From: Octopus sinensis
Lineage: Eukaryota
Reading direction: 5' to 3'
Assembly (NCBI RefSeq): GCF_006345805.1
Contig: NC_043000.1
Span: 136,400,001 to 136,464,000, forward strand
Length of the DNA: 64,000 nt
This document shows positions 1-13,553 of the stretch, piece after piece. The position numbers were made by a program, and so were the translations under genes. The notes under the pieces are model-generated. The model was not told the origin of the DNA, did not search any database, and saw only the letters and a list, made by a program, of their open reading frames with translations. The number at the start of each line of letters is the position of its first letter. Position 1 is the first letter of the stretch.

Positions 1-250
1 TTAATCCCCCAGAACGAGGGAAAACACAAGAAAAAGTTATAATGCGAGGACGTGGTACATACAAAGTATTATGGCAGGAGATATATATAGGGAAAATTCA
101 CAAAAAAAGACGATGGCAGGTGGCGTAGACAACAAACAGATGTATTAGTTCAACGCTCGGGAAGTGAAAAAGTTTTTAACATTTCGAGCCTACACTCTTC
201 CACAGAAAGAAAGAGGGAAAGAAAATAAAGCGTAGTGACTAGCGATATAA
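1..250 (-). mobile_element. Penelope-like element 3' tails with degenerate hammerhead-like motif
   Basis: Minus strand ~174-209 reads TTT-CTGTGGA-A-GAG tgtagg CTC-GAAATGTT-AAA. Same family as 38570-38810. 1-80 resembles the tail at 14.6-14.7 kb. Confidence 0.6.
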
Positions 251-275
251 ATGCATACATACATACATACACATT

Positions 276-545
276 AACTTCAACTGTGCAGCTGAAAACC
301 TGTTCTATGAAATTACACGCTCAGCATGTGAAGAAAGCTACATTGGACAAACATGATGCTCTGTATGATAATGCATGACGAGAATACATATTAATAGGAA
401 TCAGTAAACTTATAGAAGCGTGAGCAGGTAAGAAACAACCAAAGTTATTATTTCGACCTGTATGTATTTAGTCATTAAATAACGCAGCAACAACGAATCA
501 ATAAAGAGAAAAACTTCCATAACTAAATATCAACCATTTTTAGAT
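276..545 (+). pseudogene. Decayed GIY-YIG endonuclease of a Penelope-like element (Neptune-like type)
   Basis: Translates NFNCAAENLFYEITRSACEESYIGQT*...MTRIH...AGKKQPKLLF...RINKEKNF/ITKYQPFL, with stops and frameshifts. Matches the PLE pattern C..ENLIY.ITC..C...YIGQT...KE..FI.KY.P.LN. Confidence 0.7.
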
Positions 546-1021
546 ACTTGTGGCAAAGAAAGGGACACAACTATCGGCAACTCTACTGCAACACGTGCTA
601 AATTTCCTGCAGCTACTACTAGTGTGACTGACATAAATATCTTTCACATCAACTAACAGTCCTGATTCTTCTGCTACAGAGCTATATATGCTACTGCATC
701 TACAGCCAGCTACTCCTGCGGTTGTCACTGCCACAAACACCAAAACCTAGCCACAATCAGCAGCAGAGTTGATATAACGAAAAGTTATTGTAATATAATT
801 TATTTCAGTTTACTTTTCCTTTTATTTCAACATAACTAAATGGTCTTTATAAAGTCATCGAAAACTCTTGCACATTTGACTAAAAGTAAGTAAATACCTA
901 CTTTAATCCATGATAAAATTCGTAAAAGCAGCTTTTTCGTTTTGCTTCTTTTTAAATAAATTTCCTTCGGTGAAATCTCTTAAACTTTTTAATAAATATC
1001 TCTATATCTATATCTATATCT

Positions 1022-1303
1022 GTGGAGGCGCAATGGCCTAGTGGTTAGGGCAGCGGACTCGCAGTCGTAGGATCGCGGTTTCGTTGTGAGTGTTTATTGA
1101 GCGAAAACACCTAAAAGCTCCACGAGGCTCCGACAGGGGGTGGTGATCCCTGCAGTACTCTTTCACCACTCTTTCTCCCACTCTTTCTTCTGTTGGCCTG
1201 CTCGCTTAGCCAGCGGGGTGCATCATTCGAAGGCTAAAACAATGCGAAGCGCATTGTGACCAGCAATGTGTAACTACATCTGATGGACTGGTCGGTCACG
1301 TGA
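1022..1303 (+). mobile_element. tRNA-derived SINE, family A head with an alternative 3' half
   Basis: Head GGAGGCGCAATGGCCTAGTGGTTAGGGCAGCGGACTCG is shared with 5340 and 27759; sequence diverges from them after ~1180. Confidence 0.85.
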
Positions 1304-1914
1304 TGATGATATCTATATCTATACAAACAGATATGTGTGTGTATGTATGTGTGCGCGCGCATGTACATATATCGCAGATCATATTTATTTACAATACTGC
1401 AAGTGGTTATGCTGTGATTAAACCTATGACAGCGCAATCTCTAGTGCATTGCTCACATTTTATAAATTACACTCACACACGCACACACACACTTAAGGTA
1501 AATTGTCAAATCTGCTTAGGCATCATTTGGAATACCTTGTGGTATTGATTCTGATTTTCTATATTCTGTATTGGATGAAGGTCTGTTTCATCTTTTATCG
1601 TTTTGGGGCTGATAAATAAGGTACCACCCCAGGGCAATATATTAATCCAATAGTTAGAGCCTCGAACAAGCAGTTTTGCAATCTGTTCTGATTACTTTTC
1701 TTCTTTTTATTAATACCGCTACCAAGATGTACCGGCACATATGCCTTTGCATAAAGCAACATCGGTAAAAAAATCAAAAACAAAATCCTTTAGAGTTGTA
1801 GCTTACTGAGAAATTTTCCAGGTGCAAATCGATAATCACACGAGATATACGGAGGCTCGGGCCATATACATATACATACATAATGGAAGCACAATATAAG
1901 TAATATATACATAC

Positions 1915-2038
<124 letters not shown>

Positions 2039-2127
2039 TTACATATAAATGGTATACACTTCGAAACGTTCCCAACAACGAGCATTTCCCGGTAAATATA
2101 TATATATATACGTATATATATATAATA

Positions 2128-2541
2128 GGCGCAGGAGTGGCTGTGTGGTAAGTAGCTTGCAAACCAACCACATGGTTTCGGGTTCAGTCCCACTGCGTGG
2201 CATCTTGGGCAAGTGTCTTCTGCTATAGCCCCGGGCCGACCAATGCCTTGTGAGTGGATTTGGTAGACGGAAACTGAAAGAAGCCTGTCGTATATATGTG
2301 TGTATATATGTATATATATATGTATGTATGTGTGTGTGTGTTTGTGTGTTTGTGTTTATCCCCCTAGCATTGCTTGACAACCGATGCTGGTGTGTTTACG
2401 TCCCCGTCCCCTAGCGGTTCGGCAAAAGAGACCGATAGAATATGTACTGGGCTTACAAAGAATAAGTCCCGGGGTCGATTTGCCCGACTAAAGGCGGTGC
2501 TCCAGCATGGCCGCAGTCAAATGACTGAAACGAGTAAAAGA

Positions 2542-2544
<3 letters not shown>
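2128..2544 (+). mobile_element. tRNA-derived SINE, family B (internal microsatellite)
   Basis: GGCGCAGGAGTGGCTGTGTGGTAAG head and GACTGAAACGAGTAAAAGAG tail; near-identical to 20827-21239, 46720-47109 and 61277-61675. Confidence 0.9.
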
Positions 2545-2593
<49 letters not shown>

Positions 2594-2760
2594 GCATACA
2601 TATAGCTTACTGCTACGTAAAGGTAGGATCAATAAAAAAGTGCTCTATCTGATGAGAGATAAATATTGTTTGATGAAAACAGTATATATTTTTATGGGCT
2701 ACTAATAGTTTCATGCCATGTAAATGACACAGATAGCATTTAATAACGCTTCTGGTGCCT

Positions 2761-2882
2761 TCATGTAATCTTCAGGCTGTGCTCACATGCCATATACAGA
2801 GTAAAGCAGAACGAAGAAATAAGAGAGATTGCGAGTGCAGTCAAGAAGAAAGTAGATGTAAATGGCAGAACGGTGAAAACAC
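2761..2882 (-). CDS. Candidate terminal exon encoding a hydrophobic (TM/GPI-signal-like) C-terminus
   Basis: Strong polypyrimidine tract and TTTTCAG acceptor at 2883-2925. Phase-1 reading (G)VFTVLPFTSTFFLTALAISLISSFCFTLYMACEHSLKIT*. No upstream exon identified. Confidence 0.2.
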
Positions 2883-3589
2883 CTGAAAATGAAAGGAAGA
2901 GGTAAAAAGTAAAAAGAAAAACATAAAGGGTGACTTAGAGTTATGTTGCTTTCGACCGTAAAGCCATAATAAGGCTGAACAATTCTGGGTCTATAGTCTG
3001 TGTTACAGTCACTCAATTCGGGAAGGGTGGTATTTTTCAATTCGTTAACAGGAACTTTTCCAAATATTTTCATCTGCTGAAAATTTCAAATCTGGAATTC
3101 AGCAATGCGGTGAAGCTCTTAGATTTAAAAAGTATTTTCAGCTACAAAATCACTTTCAACAAAAATTTCCCGTTTTTCGGTGATAGATCGTTGAGAGGTG
3201 AATTCATGTGGAAATATTGTTTTAAATGCGGGTTTCTTTCACGTTAGTGATATTTAGCATAAGAAACCTTTTTTAAGTATTATATAAAAATTATAAAACA
3301 ACAATAACTAATGAGTTGATTAAATAATTTAAGAATAATATACAATCAAAGCTCAGTAGTTTTTTTTCACTTATTTCTCGATGTCTAATTACTGCTCGTT
3401 TTAGATATTTCACTCGATGTGGCTTTAAAATAGAAAGCATCTCTGTTTTTCTTTTAAAATGCGTCTGTAGTTCCTTGGTTCCCTGACAGACGTTTTCTTT
3501 ATAAATTTCACGATAGCAAGCGTGAGATATATTTACCCCTGCAGTCACTTCTGTTTTTTTAATCTTTAGAGTAGAAAATATCAACTAAT

Positions 3590-4520
3590 TATTATCATGG
3601 GAAAAGGATTCATCAAACCGCTTAAAAGTAAACGGAGTTTGGGTTCTTAGGTGTTGTGCAGTTTTTTTATCACATTCTTCCATTTCAATAAAGTCTTCGC
3701 TGCGAGCACTTGGTCTTGTGAATGAAACGCATCATTTATGTTATTCGTAGAAACATCAAGGGTCAACAGTTCAGTAATGTCAACGATCGCTTCTGTTTCC
3801 GAACAATCTCTATTGGTTCTCTGGATTTTTCAAAATTATCAATAAATTGAGGGTAGAGTTTATTCTAAACGTTTTTCGCATTTTTTTCCGTGTAACTTTC
3901 TTCGAGGTTCCTTTTTATTAGTTTTACTGTATACAGATCCCTGAATGATTATCCAAAATCCCTTTGGTATTGGGTCTCCCTCCTTATCAATAACACTGTG
4001 ATCAAATGTGTGATGAAAATAATGTGCTTAAAATATCGCAATAAAACCATGATCCATTGGATGCAAAAGTGACGTTGTATTTGACGGTATAAACATTAAT
4101 CTAATATTTAGAGGTGATATAGTAGATATTGTGGATGGCATGATACATTATCTGCGATCTGTAGCACATGAAACGCAATATTTTACCTTCACGATATTTT
4201 TCAACTTCGGCTACAAAGTGATACGAAAACCAATGTTCAAACAGTGAAGCGGTAACCCAATTTTTTTTTATATTTGCTTTTATAAGACTAGAAGTGTAGC
4301 TTTTAAGAACCATGTAATTGCCTTTAGATTTTCGGCAGGCTGCAGAAGCAAATTTTAACTTACAGTCAACAACTGCATTACCGCCAAATACTATCATTAA
4401 TCGATCTTCAGCTACTTAGAAATCAGGTATCGAAGATTTCTTCTTTTTTCAACATAGCTTCTTACTGGCAATTATTTTCTAAAACAAAATTGGATTAGAT
4501 ATTATCATTAGAGTTGCTCC
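3590..4520 (-). mobile_element. Tigger/pogo DNA transposase fossil
   Basis: Fragments AEDRLMIVFGGNA..DCKLK, NWVTASLFEHWFSYHFVAEVEKY and FIPSNTTSLLHPMDHGFIA match the Tigger DDE_1 domain; many stops. Confidence 0.8.
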
Positions 4521-5085
4521 CTTTTTGTTTTAAATTTCTCAACACACCTTGAAGAAGTCGTTCCCTTCAAATTTTAAGGATAGTTTCAGTTAATCAAAGG
4601 TTATTTGGTCAATATTAATACATTGAGATTCTGTCCTACGCGCGCACGTGTATCTTACAGAAGTAGAATTTGAGGAATAAGGTATTTGCATAACGCTTTA
4701 ATGGGTAGAAAAATTAAATTAACGTTTCAGACTTTAATTAGAGAAGAGTGGCATACAAGGAGCAGGAACGAGAATTGTCTTGGAAAAAATACGGATGAAG
4801 CGTTTGAGACCAAATAGGAATGCTCTTGTATGGATCCCAGCACTAAGTGAAATAGCGAGAGAAAAAAGTGAGGTACTTGTTTAAAAAGTCACCTGAGGAG
4901 ATGCAAGCTGCACCTGCGATGCAAGACGATTGGTTGAACAGTATCTCACCTGCAAGTAACAGGTGCGAGTTGAGTCAAAACAATTGTAGTGGCTTTGAAT
5001 AAAGAATCTCAAGACAGATCGATCTATCGGTAGATAGATAGTTAAAGATAGATAGATAGATGGACAGACAGACAGACAGACAGAC

Positions 5086-5158
<73 letters not shown>

Positions 5159-5339
5159 TTCTGAAACAAATACACAGTGTAATTGTTATTGACTTTGTAG
5201 TTGAACTCAGAAGCTCTTCAAATTCTAAACGTTCATTTCTTTAGCTTGGCATATTTCAATTTCTTAAGCCTTCGTTGCGGTAGATACGGTATACCACGTT
5301 ATTCACAAACACACTTTCACCCTCGTTATACATACTGAT

Positions 5340-5724
5340 GTGGAGGCGCAATGGCCCAGAGGTTAGGGCAGCGGACTCGCGGTCGTAGGATCGCGGTTTC
5401 GATTCCCAGCCCGGGCGTTGTGAGTGTTTATTGAGCGAAAACACCTAAAGCTCCACGAGGCTCCGGCAGGGGATGGTGGTGATCCCTGCTGTACTCTTTC
5501 ACCACAACTTTCTCTCACTCTTACTTCCTGTTTCTGTTGTACCTGTATTTCAAAGGGCCGGCCTTGTCACTCTCTGTGTCACGCTGAATCACCCCGAGAA
5601 CTACGTTAAGGGTGCACGTGTCTGTGGAGTGCTCAGCCACTTACACGTTAATTTCACGAGCAGGCTGTTCCGTTGATTCAGATCAACCGGAACCCTCATC
5701 GTCGTAACCGACGGAGTGCTTCCA
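5340..5724 (+). mobile_element. tRNA-derived SINE family A, full length
   Basis: tRNA-like head with A/B boxes; 10-bp TSD ACATACTGAT at 5330-5339 and 5729-5738. Confidence 0.92.
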
Positions 5725-6283
5725 CTCCACATACTGATCCACCCACTCATCTACACATTACAAAGATGACAATAGCGCTACAAATAGATCGTTAGTTCCA
5801 TAACACCAGCATAATTTTGGAAGCCTGTACTGTTTTATGTGGCATTTTTAGGGTTAGTTTAGAGAAGCCTTTTTTTCACTCCAAGTTCTACTCACGGCTG
5901 CAATGAATTTAGCAAGCCGAAAGCTCATTTTACTGTACCGTTCCTGCTTACAACATTAAATTGTTCTATCTGTTTGCTATTCGTTTACATCTCCGTAGAC
6001 TGAAACTAGCAGCCATGATTGTTCTGGTCATATGTTTATACGACCAAAGCAATTAACTGAGAAATCTTTAATTAAAAAGTGAATTGAATTGAAAAACCGA
6101 GAAGTAAATAATTGTTTTGGCCCTGTGCACAGCTGAACATTAGCGACAAAATATAAATGGCCAACTCTTCTGTTGGGTGTCTGCTGCTCTATTAACAAGT
6201 ATTTTGCAAGTTCGCAGATATTGACAGACAGTTATTTAGTAAACTCTTCACTAATTCAATTTACTTAAAAATCTTATCTCTCC

Positions 6284-6353
<70 letters not shown>

Positions 6354-7111
6354 CTCTCTTTTCTTCTCTTTTTCTTCTTTCTTTCTTCTTTCTTCTTCTT
6401 TTCTTTTTTTCTTCTCTTTCTTCTTCTCATTTTCTTTCTTTTCTTTTTCTTTCTCCTTTCCTTTCTTCTCCTCAATTCTCTTCTTTTCTTTCTTCTTCTT
6501 TTTCGCTCATGCATTTATGATTACACGGCTGAATTGTTTGAAACGTAGGTAATATATTTGATACATAGCTTATATATATGTTTTCCACAGCAACACCAAC
6601 TGTAAATTTTTTCTTTATCACATTGTAAGTTTCCATAAATTTAGTTCTCTTTAAAAGTTACCTGTCTTCTACTGGACACTGTAATACTAAATAGCTAGAG
6701 CCCAGGTGTCAGCAATATAAAACCTTGACTTACTAATATGTATATAAACATGCATTTATATGTAGCACACACGCGTGCGCGCACACATACACAAACGCAC
6801 GCATACGCACACACACTCAGAGAAACCCATACATTTATAGTGAGAGGGAGAAAAACTAGGAGAGGAGATGAAAGAGGGTAAAATGAATATAGAATGTTTT
6901 TGATGGATGTACTCCAGAATGACCACTGCTCAATAACTGTACTTACTAGAAGAGTAACAGCTGTTTGCAAACACAAATATGTACTCACAGAACACTCACA
7001 CGTATACACGCACATAATCATATGAATAAATATTACATATTTATTTGAGGTAAAAACACACACACACCACACACACACACCACACACATACACACACACA
7101 CACACACACAC

Positions 7112-7194
<83 letters not shown>

Positions 7195-7689
7195 CATAGA
7201 GTTGATATTTAAAAAAAAATTAGTCTAAAGCAAACAAATTGTTCTTTATAAATGTTATTTCCAAAGAATTCTTCCAAGAGAAGGACATTACTGTCTTCAG
7301 AAATTTCAATAATCAAATAAAAGTATAGAAAATTGACTACAATTAATGTCCCTGTCTTCTCTTTCGTAGGACACTTCATTATTAATGCTATTAGCATAGT
7401 TGCTAGATTCTTTTGATTCAGAAAACTTTACAAAATACATTTATTGATTGTGAATCTTGAATCTTCAAAGAACTATAAATTTATTGCAGACATTTTTACT
7501 TTCCTAGGTTTAAAAGTGTATATAACTCAGACCTCAGATGGTTTTACTCAGAGTCCAGAAATGGTTTGTCTTGTTAACCCCAGTTTTCTTTCTTATCTCT
7601 TTTCAGAAAACATAAGTGAGGTCTTTTCTTCTACCTCCTTGTTTTTTTATGCAGACCAAAATACAGAAGTAATCAGTTGAGTGAAGCAA

Positions 7690-8095
7690 TATTTTTGTTC
7701 GTTCGTCATTGTTGACGATAACAAAGGACAACACATGGGAGAAGAAAATGGAGCAAGGTGTGTCTGACCGTGACCAATCAGTCCGAAGCATGATTGAAAG
7801 GATCTGCCACAGGTCGGGCGCTGGTGGTCTGCAGGAACTGAAAGCAAAGAGCTAGAGTTTTCTTCATGCCCCAGCGAATCCTGTTATTTCTAGGAGGCGA
7901 AACTTTCGTTGGTGCAGTTTTGCCAGTCGGGGTTGATCTCAAAACTCTTCATTGAGGCTCTGAATGTATTCTTGGCGTGCTTTTTATGTCCACCTTGTGT
8001 TTCCTTGCCTTCAACCAACCAGTTCACTATAAATGAGTCTCTTGGGGAACCGCAGGTCAGATATTTGAACAAGGTGGCCTGTCTACCTATTTAGT
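7690..8095 (-). mobile_element. RTE-clade LINE 3' fragment
   Basis: VEGKETQGGHKKHAKNTFRASMKSFEINPD and C-terminal zinc-finger-like RPTCGRSFQSCFGLIGHGQTH are typical of RTE/BovB ORF ends. Confidence 0.85.
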
Positions 8096-8260
8096 GTTCT
8101 CCTCAGTTGTGCGTATATGCTTGACAGTAATATACAAAACAATATAACGGTCAAACAAACGGCGTGTAAAAATATGAATTCTGTAGTATATTAGTTTAGA
8201 CTGTTCTACATCACTTTATATATTCTTCATGTAAAACCAGCTGATCATTATTTGAGAGAT

Positions 8261-8650
8261 ACCTAGCTAAGCGTTTAGAATGTAAAGTTTGTAATTCCAC
8301 ATAAAAGGGATTTGTTGGGGAGATACGAGTGGTGCATTGAAGAGTTTTGAACTATGTAACCCTTCTCTACTTATCCAATGAACCCCTTGTCTATTTATCC
8401 ACCTAGCAAGCGTTTAGAATGTAAAGTTTGTAATTCCACATAAAAGGGATATTGTTGTGGGAGATACGAGTGGTGCATTGAAGAGTTTGTAACTATGTAA
8501 CCCCTTTCCACATAAGGGATATTGTTGTGGAGATACGAGTGGTGCATTGAAGAGTTTGTAACTATGTAACCCCTTCTCTACTTATCCAATGTAACCCCCT
8601 TGTCTATTTATCCGACTATCAATGAAACCCCTTGTCTATTTATCCGATTA
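8261..8650. repeat. Imperfect local tandem duplication (~140-bp unit plus partial echoes)
   Basis: ACCTAGC(T)AAGCGTTTAGAATG restarts at 8261 and 8401; the core repeats again at ~8507. Differences are mostly 1-nt indels. Confidence 0.9.
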
Positions 8651-9200
8651 TTAATAACTTACCACTCATCAGTATACCATCATTTTTCAACGATAATTTC
8701 ATTATGACTATATTATCCAACATTACCTTAATTTCTTTAGCAAAAATGATTTTAAAGAGATTTGGTATCTATTTCTAGTAAGGAAAGTGAATGCACAGAG
8801 GCTTCCTATTTGACATGGTAACATACATGCGGAATAACTTTTTAGGTAACTCTTCCCTGGTTCATCAATATCCTACTTGATATAGTCTGTTGATGAATAC
8901 ATTCCTCTTTATGCAAAGAAAGACAGCTTAGATTCACTACAATGAGTCACAAATACTTATTTAATTTTGCTTACAACATTGTATTATTTCTCTTATACTG
9001 CTCCTTTATCTATGTTGCTACCAAATGACTAGAGAGTTTATTTTTTTCAACAGTTCGCTTAATGTGTATCATACCACCGGGCCACAATGTCAATAATGTT
9101 ACATGAACTGATTATTCCTTATTTTAGAGACCAATACTTTACCTATAATCATTAGGAGAATATCTACGAGGTTGTTCAATCCGATAGAAATATCATTAAA
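8650..9200 (-). mobile_element. Possible hAT (Charlie/SPIN-like) transposase fossil
   Basis: ECIHQQTISSRIL resembles HCIIHQQALCAK; FAKEIKVMLD and GAV...NVVSKIK occur in the expected order; heavily decayed. Confidence 0.35.
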
Positions 9201-10389
9201 ATCCCCTTTCTTTAAGCTCTACTATTTTAAACATGGAAAAATGAGTGTATAAAAAATGATGTGATACTCATGAGGGTTAATGCATTTAACAATAGGCCTA
9301 CTTGACTCACTCTGATTCAGCACTAATTAACTATAACTATTACAACAGCTATACAATCTTCTATGTTATTATGCTTCTTTGCATTTTAAAATAGCTATTT
9401 CACGCGATTATTGGCTATTCAAGACAGTTTTTACACCATGGTTGAACAATTTCAATCAACGTCTTTATTCAACTAAAAGTCTTAGTTCTTTCATCTTATA
9501 TAAAAGAAAACAAATCACACTGATAGTTACTATGCTATTTCATCCTGTTTTAACTTGCTTGAAGGCACAACACTCTATTTACTGTGAAGTAGGCAACAAT
9601 AATATTTAGATACAAAATACACCAAAAACAGTGTATAGTACTCCAGCCATGTATTCATGAAACAGTGAAGAAATAAAAAAAATAAATAAATGAATTGGAA
9701 AAGGCTATTGCCAACACTACCTATTTTACAAAATTCCTCCGTAGAATTGCAGGAAATCTTCAGAGAATTCTTATTTTAATAGTACCAAGACGTTCGTTCA
9801 TTTTTCATAATAATAATATCCTAAAGGTAAAATGATAAAGTAAAAAAAAAATAACAACGAATATGGTTATAAGAAAAACTACTTCACCAACTGCCATAGT
9901 TTAAACACCACCAACATCACTGTCATCGTCACCACCACCACCACCACCACCGACGCCAACAACAACAACAACAACGCTAGCACTTCTTTTGGTTGTGTGC
10001 ATCTATTGGAATGAAATTGGTTATACTTTTTGGTAATGTACTTGAATCTCTGGTTTGTTTCAAATGACATCACTGGCTTCAGCACTTGAAATGGGCATAT
10101 GGAAATGTTCCAGAATATTTTCTACAGTCGAAATAGAAAATTAGAAAATAATGAATAATAAAAAGAAAAAAAGAAAAAAAGAAACAAACAGGAAGATTAA
10201 ATTCTACTGAATAGCTGGTAATAGATAAATGATGAAGTTATTCAGGGTTTTATTTATGTATTGTATGACGTGTGTATGTATGTATGTATACATTCATGCA
10301 TGTATGTATTATGTATAATGTATGTATATATATATATATATTATATATATACATACATACATTATACATAATACATATATATACACACA

Positions 10390-10610
10390 TACATATATAG
10401 TCAATTCAAAGGACAAGCAATTGAAAAAAAAACGAGAAAAAAAGGAAAAAACCGAACGGGAGGAGGTGCACAGTGAATATATTAATTTGAAGCTCGGTGA
10501 AATGAGAGAGTTGTTAACGTTTCGAGCATTGCTCTTCATCGGAAAGAGAAAAGTCCAAAGAGAAAGAAGGAAGAATAAGGGAAAATTACCAACAATCCAT
10601 GTGCGGATAC
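10390..10610 (-). mobile_element. Penelope-like element 3' tail with HHR-like motif
   Basis: Minus strand 10514-10546: TTT-CCGATGA-A-GAGC aat GCTC-GAAACGTT; ends in (TA)n. Confidence 0.6.
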
Positions 10611-10627
10611 ATTTCTATGCATGAATG

Positions 10628-11504
10628 TATCGAGTGTTCAGGCTAAATTTGAATGTTTGCATAATAAGAAAAGAAAACACAATATCGCATCCAAAAATAA
10701 AAAGATAAAAAATAAAAAAGTATCAACTAGATTATGGCTGGGAGATAACAGTTTACTCAAAGTAATCACCCTCAACTTCCAGCACAGTCTCAAGATGGTT
10801 CTGGAACCTGGCGTATGCGTTCCACAATGTGTCCCTGGGAATTTCGTCAAACAACTTCTATATCCTGACCACCATCTCAACCTTGGTGTTACAGTCAGAG
10901 AAGTTGATGTCTTTCTCAGCCATGCCCCACGCATGCTAATCCATGGGATTAAAATTGGGAGAATTATCAGGCTAGAAATTGGGAGTGGTGAAGTTGTAGA
11001 AATTTTCTGAGAACAACTTCTGATTTTTTCTGGAGGTACGACAAGGAACCGAAACCTATTGCCACATATGACCTTCGAGCAGCAAACCCCTCCAGCTAGG
11101 GTTTGACCAGAGTTTTCAGCAACTTAACACAGTCGCCTTAATTGAACCTAAAGCCTTGTTTAAAAGAACGAAGTAGTATTATATTACTCTCACTGGAGAC
11201 AAACTTAAAGATCATCAGAATTTGGGAGGACTTATTTTCTTGATATGCGGCACATCACTTGGATTGCAGGCAACTATTCACAGTAGTCATGATATCGGTA
11301 TTTCGATACCCGGCACAAATCATTTCGATACAGGCAACTCTTTTCCGATATTCAGATGGCTTCCAATCTTCCATGTCAACAAACATTTTCTCAGCTATAA
11401 CTTCCATCTTTATGCTCTCCTTTGCCGTTAACAATTTACCCATCAAGCAGTTTCTGATAAAAACGTGGAACAAAAATCATGAAATTTACAACAAACATCC
11501 TGTA
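10628..11504 (-). mobile_element. Internally deleted Tc1/mariner (maT/DD37D-like) transposon
   Basis: N-terminal MEDWKPSEYRKRVACIEMICAGY and C-terminal PDNSPNFNPMD*HAWG...ARFQNHLETVLEVEGDYFE*. Imperfect TIRs (TATCGAGTGTT..TAAATTT / TACAGGATGTT..TAAATTT) flanked by TA. Confidence 0.85.
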
Positions 11505-11525
11505 TGCATGTTTGTATGTAAGTAA

Positions 11526-11560
<35 letters not shown>

Positions 11561-11722
11561 GAGGTAAATACATAAATGTGAAACAAGGTGGAAAAGAGAG
11601 TACTTAAATACCAGGGGTAGAGTAATATGCTTTATTTAAAAGCAGCAGAAATTCAACAAAACCTGTTACTCCGAGTAACAGGTTTTGTTGAATTTCTGCT
11701 GCTTTTAAATAAAGTATATAAA

Positions 11723-11758
<36 letters not shown>

Positions 11759-11781
11759 TGTATGTATGTATGTATGTATGT

Positions 11782-11844
<63 letters not shown>

Positions 11845-11846
<2 letters not shown>

Positions 11847-12400
11847 GATAAAAATGGTAAGACAACAAAAGAATGAAAGAGACCTCGATATTATGTAGAG
11901 GAAAGGCGGCGAGCTGGCAGAAACGTTAGCACGCCGGGCGAAATGCTTAGCGGTATTTCGTCTGCGTTACGTTGTGAGTTCAAATTCCGCCGAGGTCGAC
12001 TTTGCCTTTCATCCTTTCGGGGTCGATAAATTAAGTACCAGTTACGAACTGGGGTCGATGTAATCGACTTAATACCTATGTCTGTCCTTGTTTGTTCCCT
12101 CTGTGTTTAGCCCCTTGTGGGTAATAAAGAAATAGATATTATGTAGAGGAATTTCTCTGTAAATGTAATATGTGACAATTATTCGGTAGCCATGATAAAA
12201 CTCCGAGTTAACGACCATAACTGTCCGTAAAATGCCGATCGAAAATTCTAAGTACTGACGGCAGTTTCGGCAATTTCCGTTGCGTCATCTATTCAGCCCG
12301 CTCGATTGTTCGACATTTTCCGGACTCGCTTCTTTATTAGTATTTATGTTTCCGTCGTCCAAATTATTGGATGATTTCGTAATTCGCTAATGTGTATATA
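11845..12400 (-). mobile_element. Penelope-like 3' region interrupted by a SINE
   Basis: Homologous to 14870-15075. Decayed HHR-like motif GATGA..GCAA cggaaa TTGC.GAAACTGCCGTC at ~12258-12295 (minus). Confidence 0.55.
11904..12134 (+). mobile_element. tRNA-derived SINE family C
   Basis: AGGCGGCGAGCTGGCAGAAACG head; 17-bp TSD GATATTATGTAGAGGAA at 11887-11903 and 12135-12151. Confidence 0.92.
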
Positions 12401-12894
12401 AAATTAATATAAACAGCAGTTTGCTATGTTTCAATAAATTGGAGAATTATAATTGTCACTAAAAGTGACTAGGGTGTTAGGAAACACCTACATAGCTAGA
12501 AACAAGAGCTAAAACGCTCTAATGCTATAGTTGCTGCTGCGTTATCATATAAGTCCGCTTGCTATATATATATATATAAAAATATAAATTAGAGATAAAA
12601 CCACTATTATGCAACTCAGACAGTGATATACATAAACCAAAACATAAATTACAAATAAAATATAATTTCATAAAACATATAACTAGATCTCAAAGAGTAT
12701 AAAGATGAATGATCAATATATAATAATAATATTCTTTTCCTGTCTAGACACAAGGCCCGAAATTAGTTCACGTTATCAACCTCAATACATAGTACCTGTA
12801 CCAATTTACTGCTTATTATATCCTTCTATTACAATCAAATTCCTCAATTATACATTTTGAATTAACACTAGTGTTAATATTGTGTGTTTTTGTG

Positions 12895-13553
12895 AAGGCG
12901 GCGAGCTGGCAGAAACTTTTGCACGCCGGGCAAAATGCTTAGCAGTATTTCGTCTGCCGCTATGTTCTGAGTTCAAATTCCGCCGAGGTCGACTTTGCCT
13001 TTCACCCTTTCGGGGTCGATAAATTAAGCACCAGTTACGCACTGGGATCGATGTAATCGACTTAATCTCCTTGTCTGTCCTTGTTTGTCCCCTCTATGTT
13101 TAGCCCCTTGTGGGCTATAAAGAAATAAGAAATGTTAAGCATTTAGCAGTATTTAAGCATTTAAGCAGTATTTCATCTGCCGCTACGTTCTAAGTTCAAA
13201 TTCCGCCGAGGTCGACTTTGCCTTTCACCCTTTCGGGGTCGATAAATTAAGCACCAGTTACGCACTGGGATCGATGTAATCGACTTAATCCCCTTGTCTG
13301 TCCTTGTTTGTCCCCTCTATGTTTAACCCCTTGTGGGCTATAAAGAAATAAGAAATGTTAGCACGCCGGGTGCAATGTTTTGCGGTATTTTGTCTGCCCT
13401 TTCGTTCTGAGTTCAAATTCCGCCGAGGTCGACTTTGCCTTTCATCCTTTCGGGGTCGATAAATTAAGTACCAGTTGTGTACTGGGGTCCATCTCATCGA
13501 CTGGTCCCTTCCCCAAAATTTCGGGCCCTGTGCTTAGAGCAGAAAAGAATATT
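12895..13553 (+). mobile_element. SINE family C, head-to-tail trimer
   Basis: Three units joined at AAAGAAATA; the last unit has the alternative GGGCCCTGTGCTTAGAGCAGAAAAGAAT tail. Confidence 0.9.

Noticed and set aside
8261-8650. Tandem duplication as a biological novelty
   Set aside because: Copies differ mostly by single-base indels in homopolymers, typical of noisy long-read consensus errors; needs read support.
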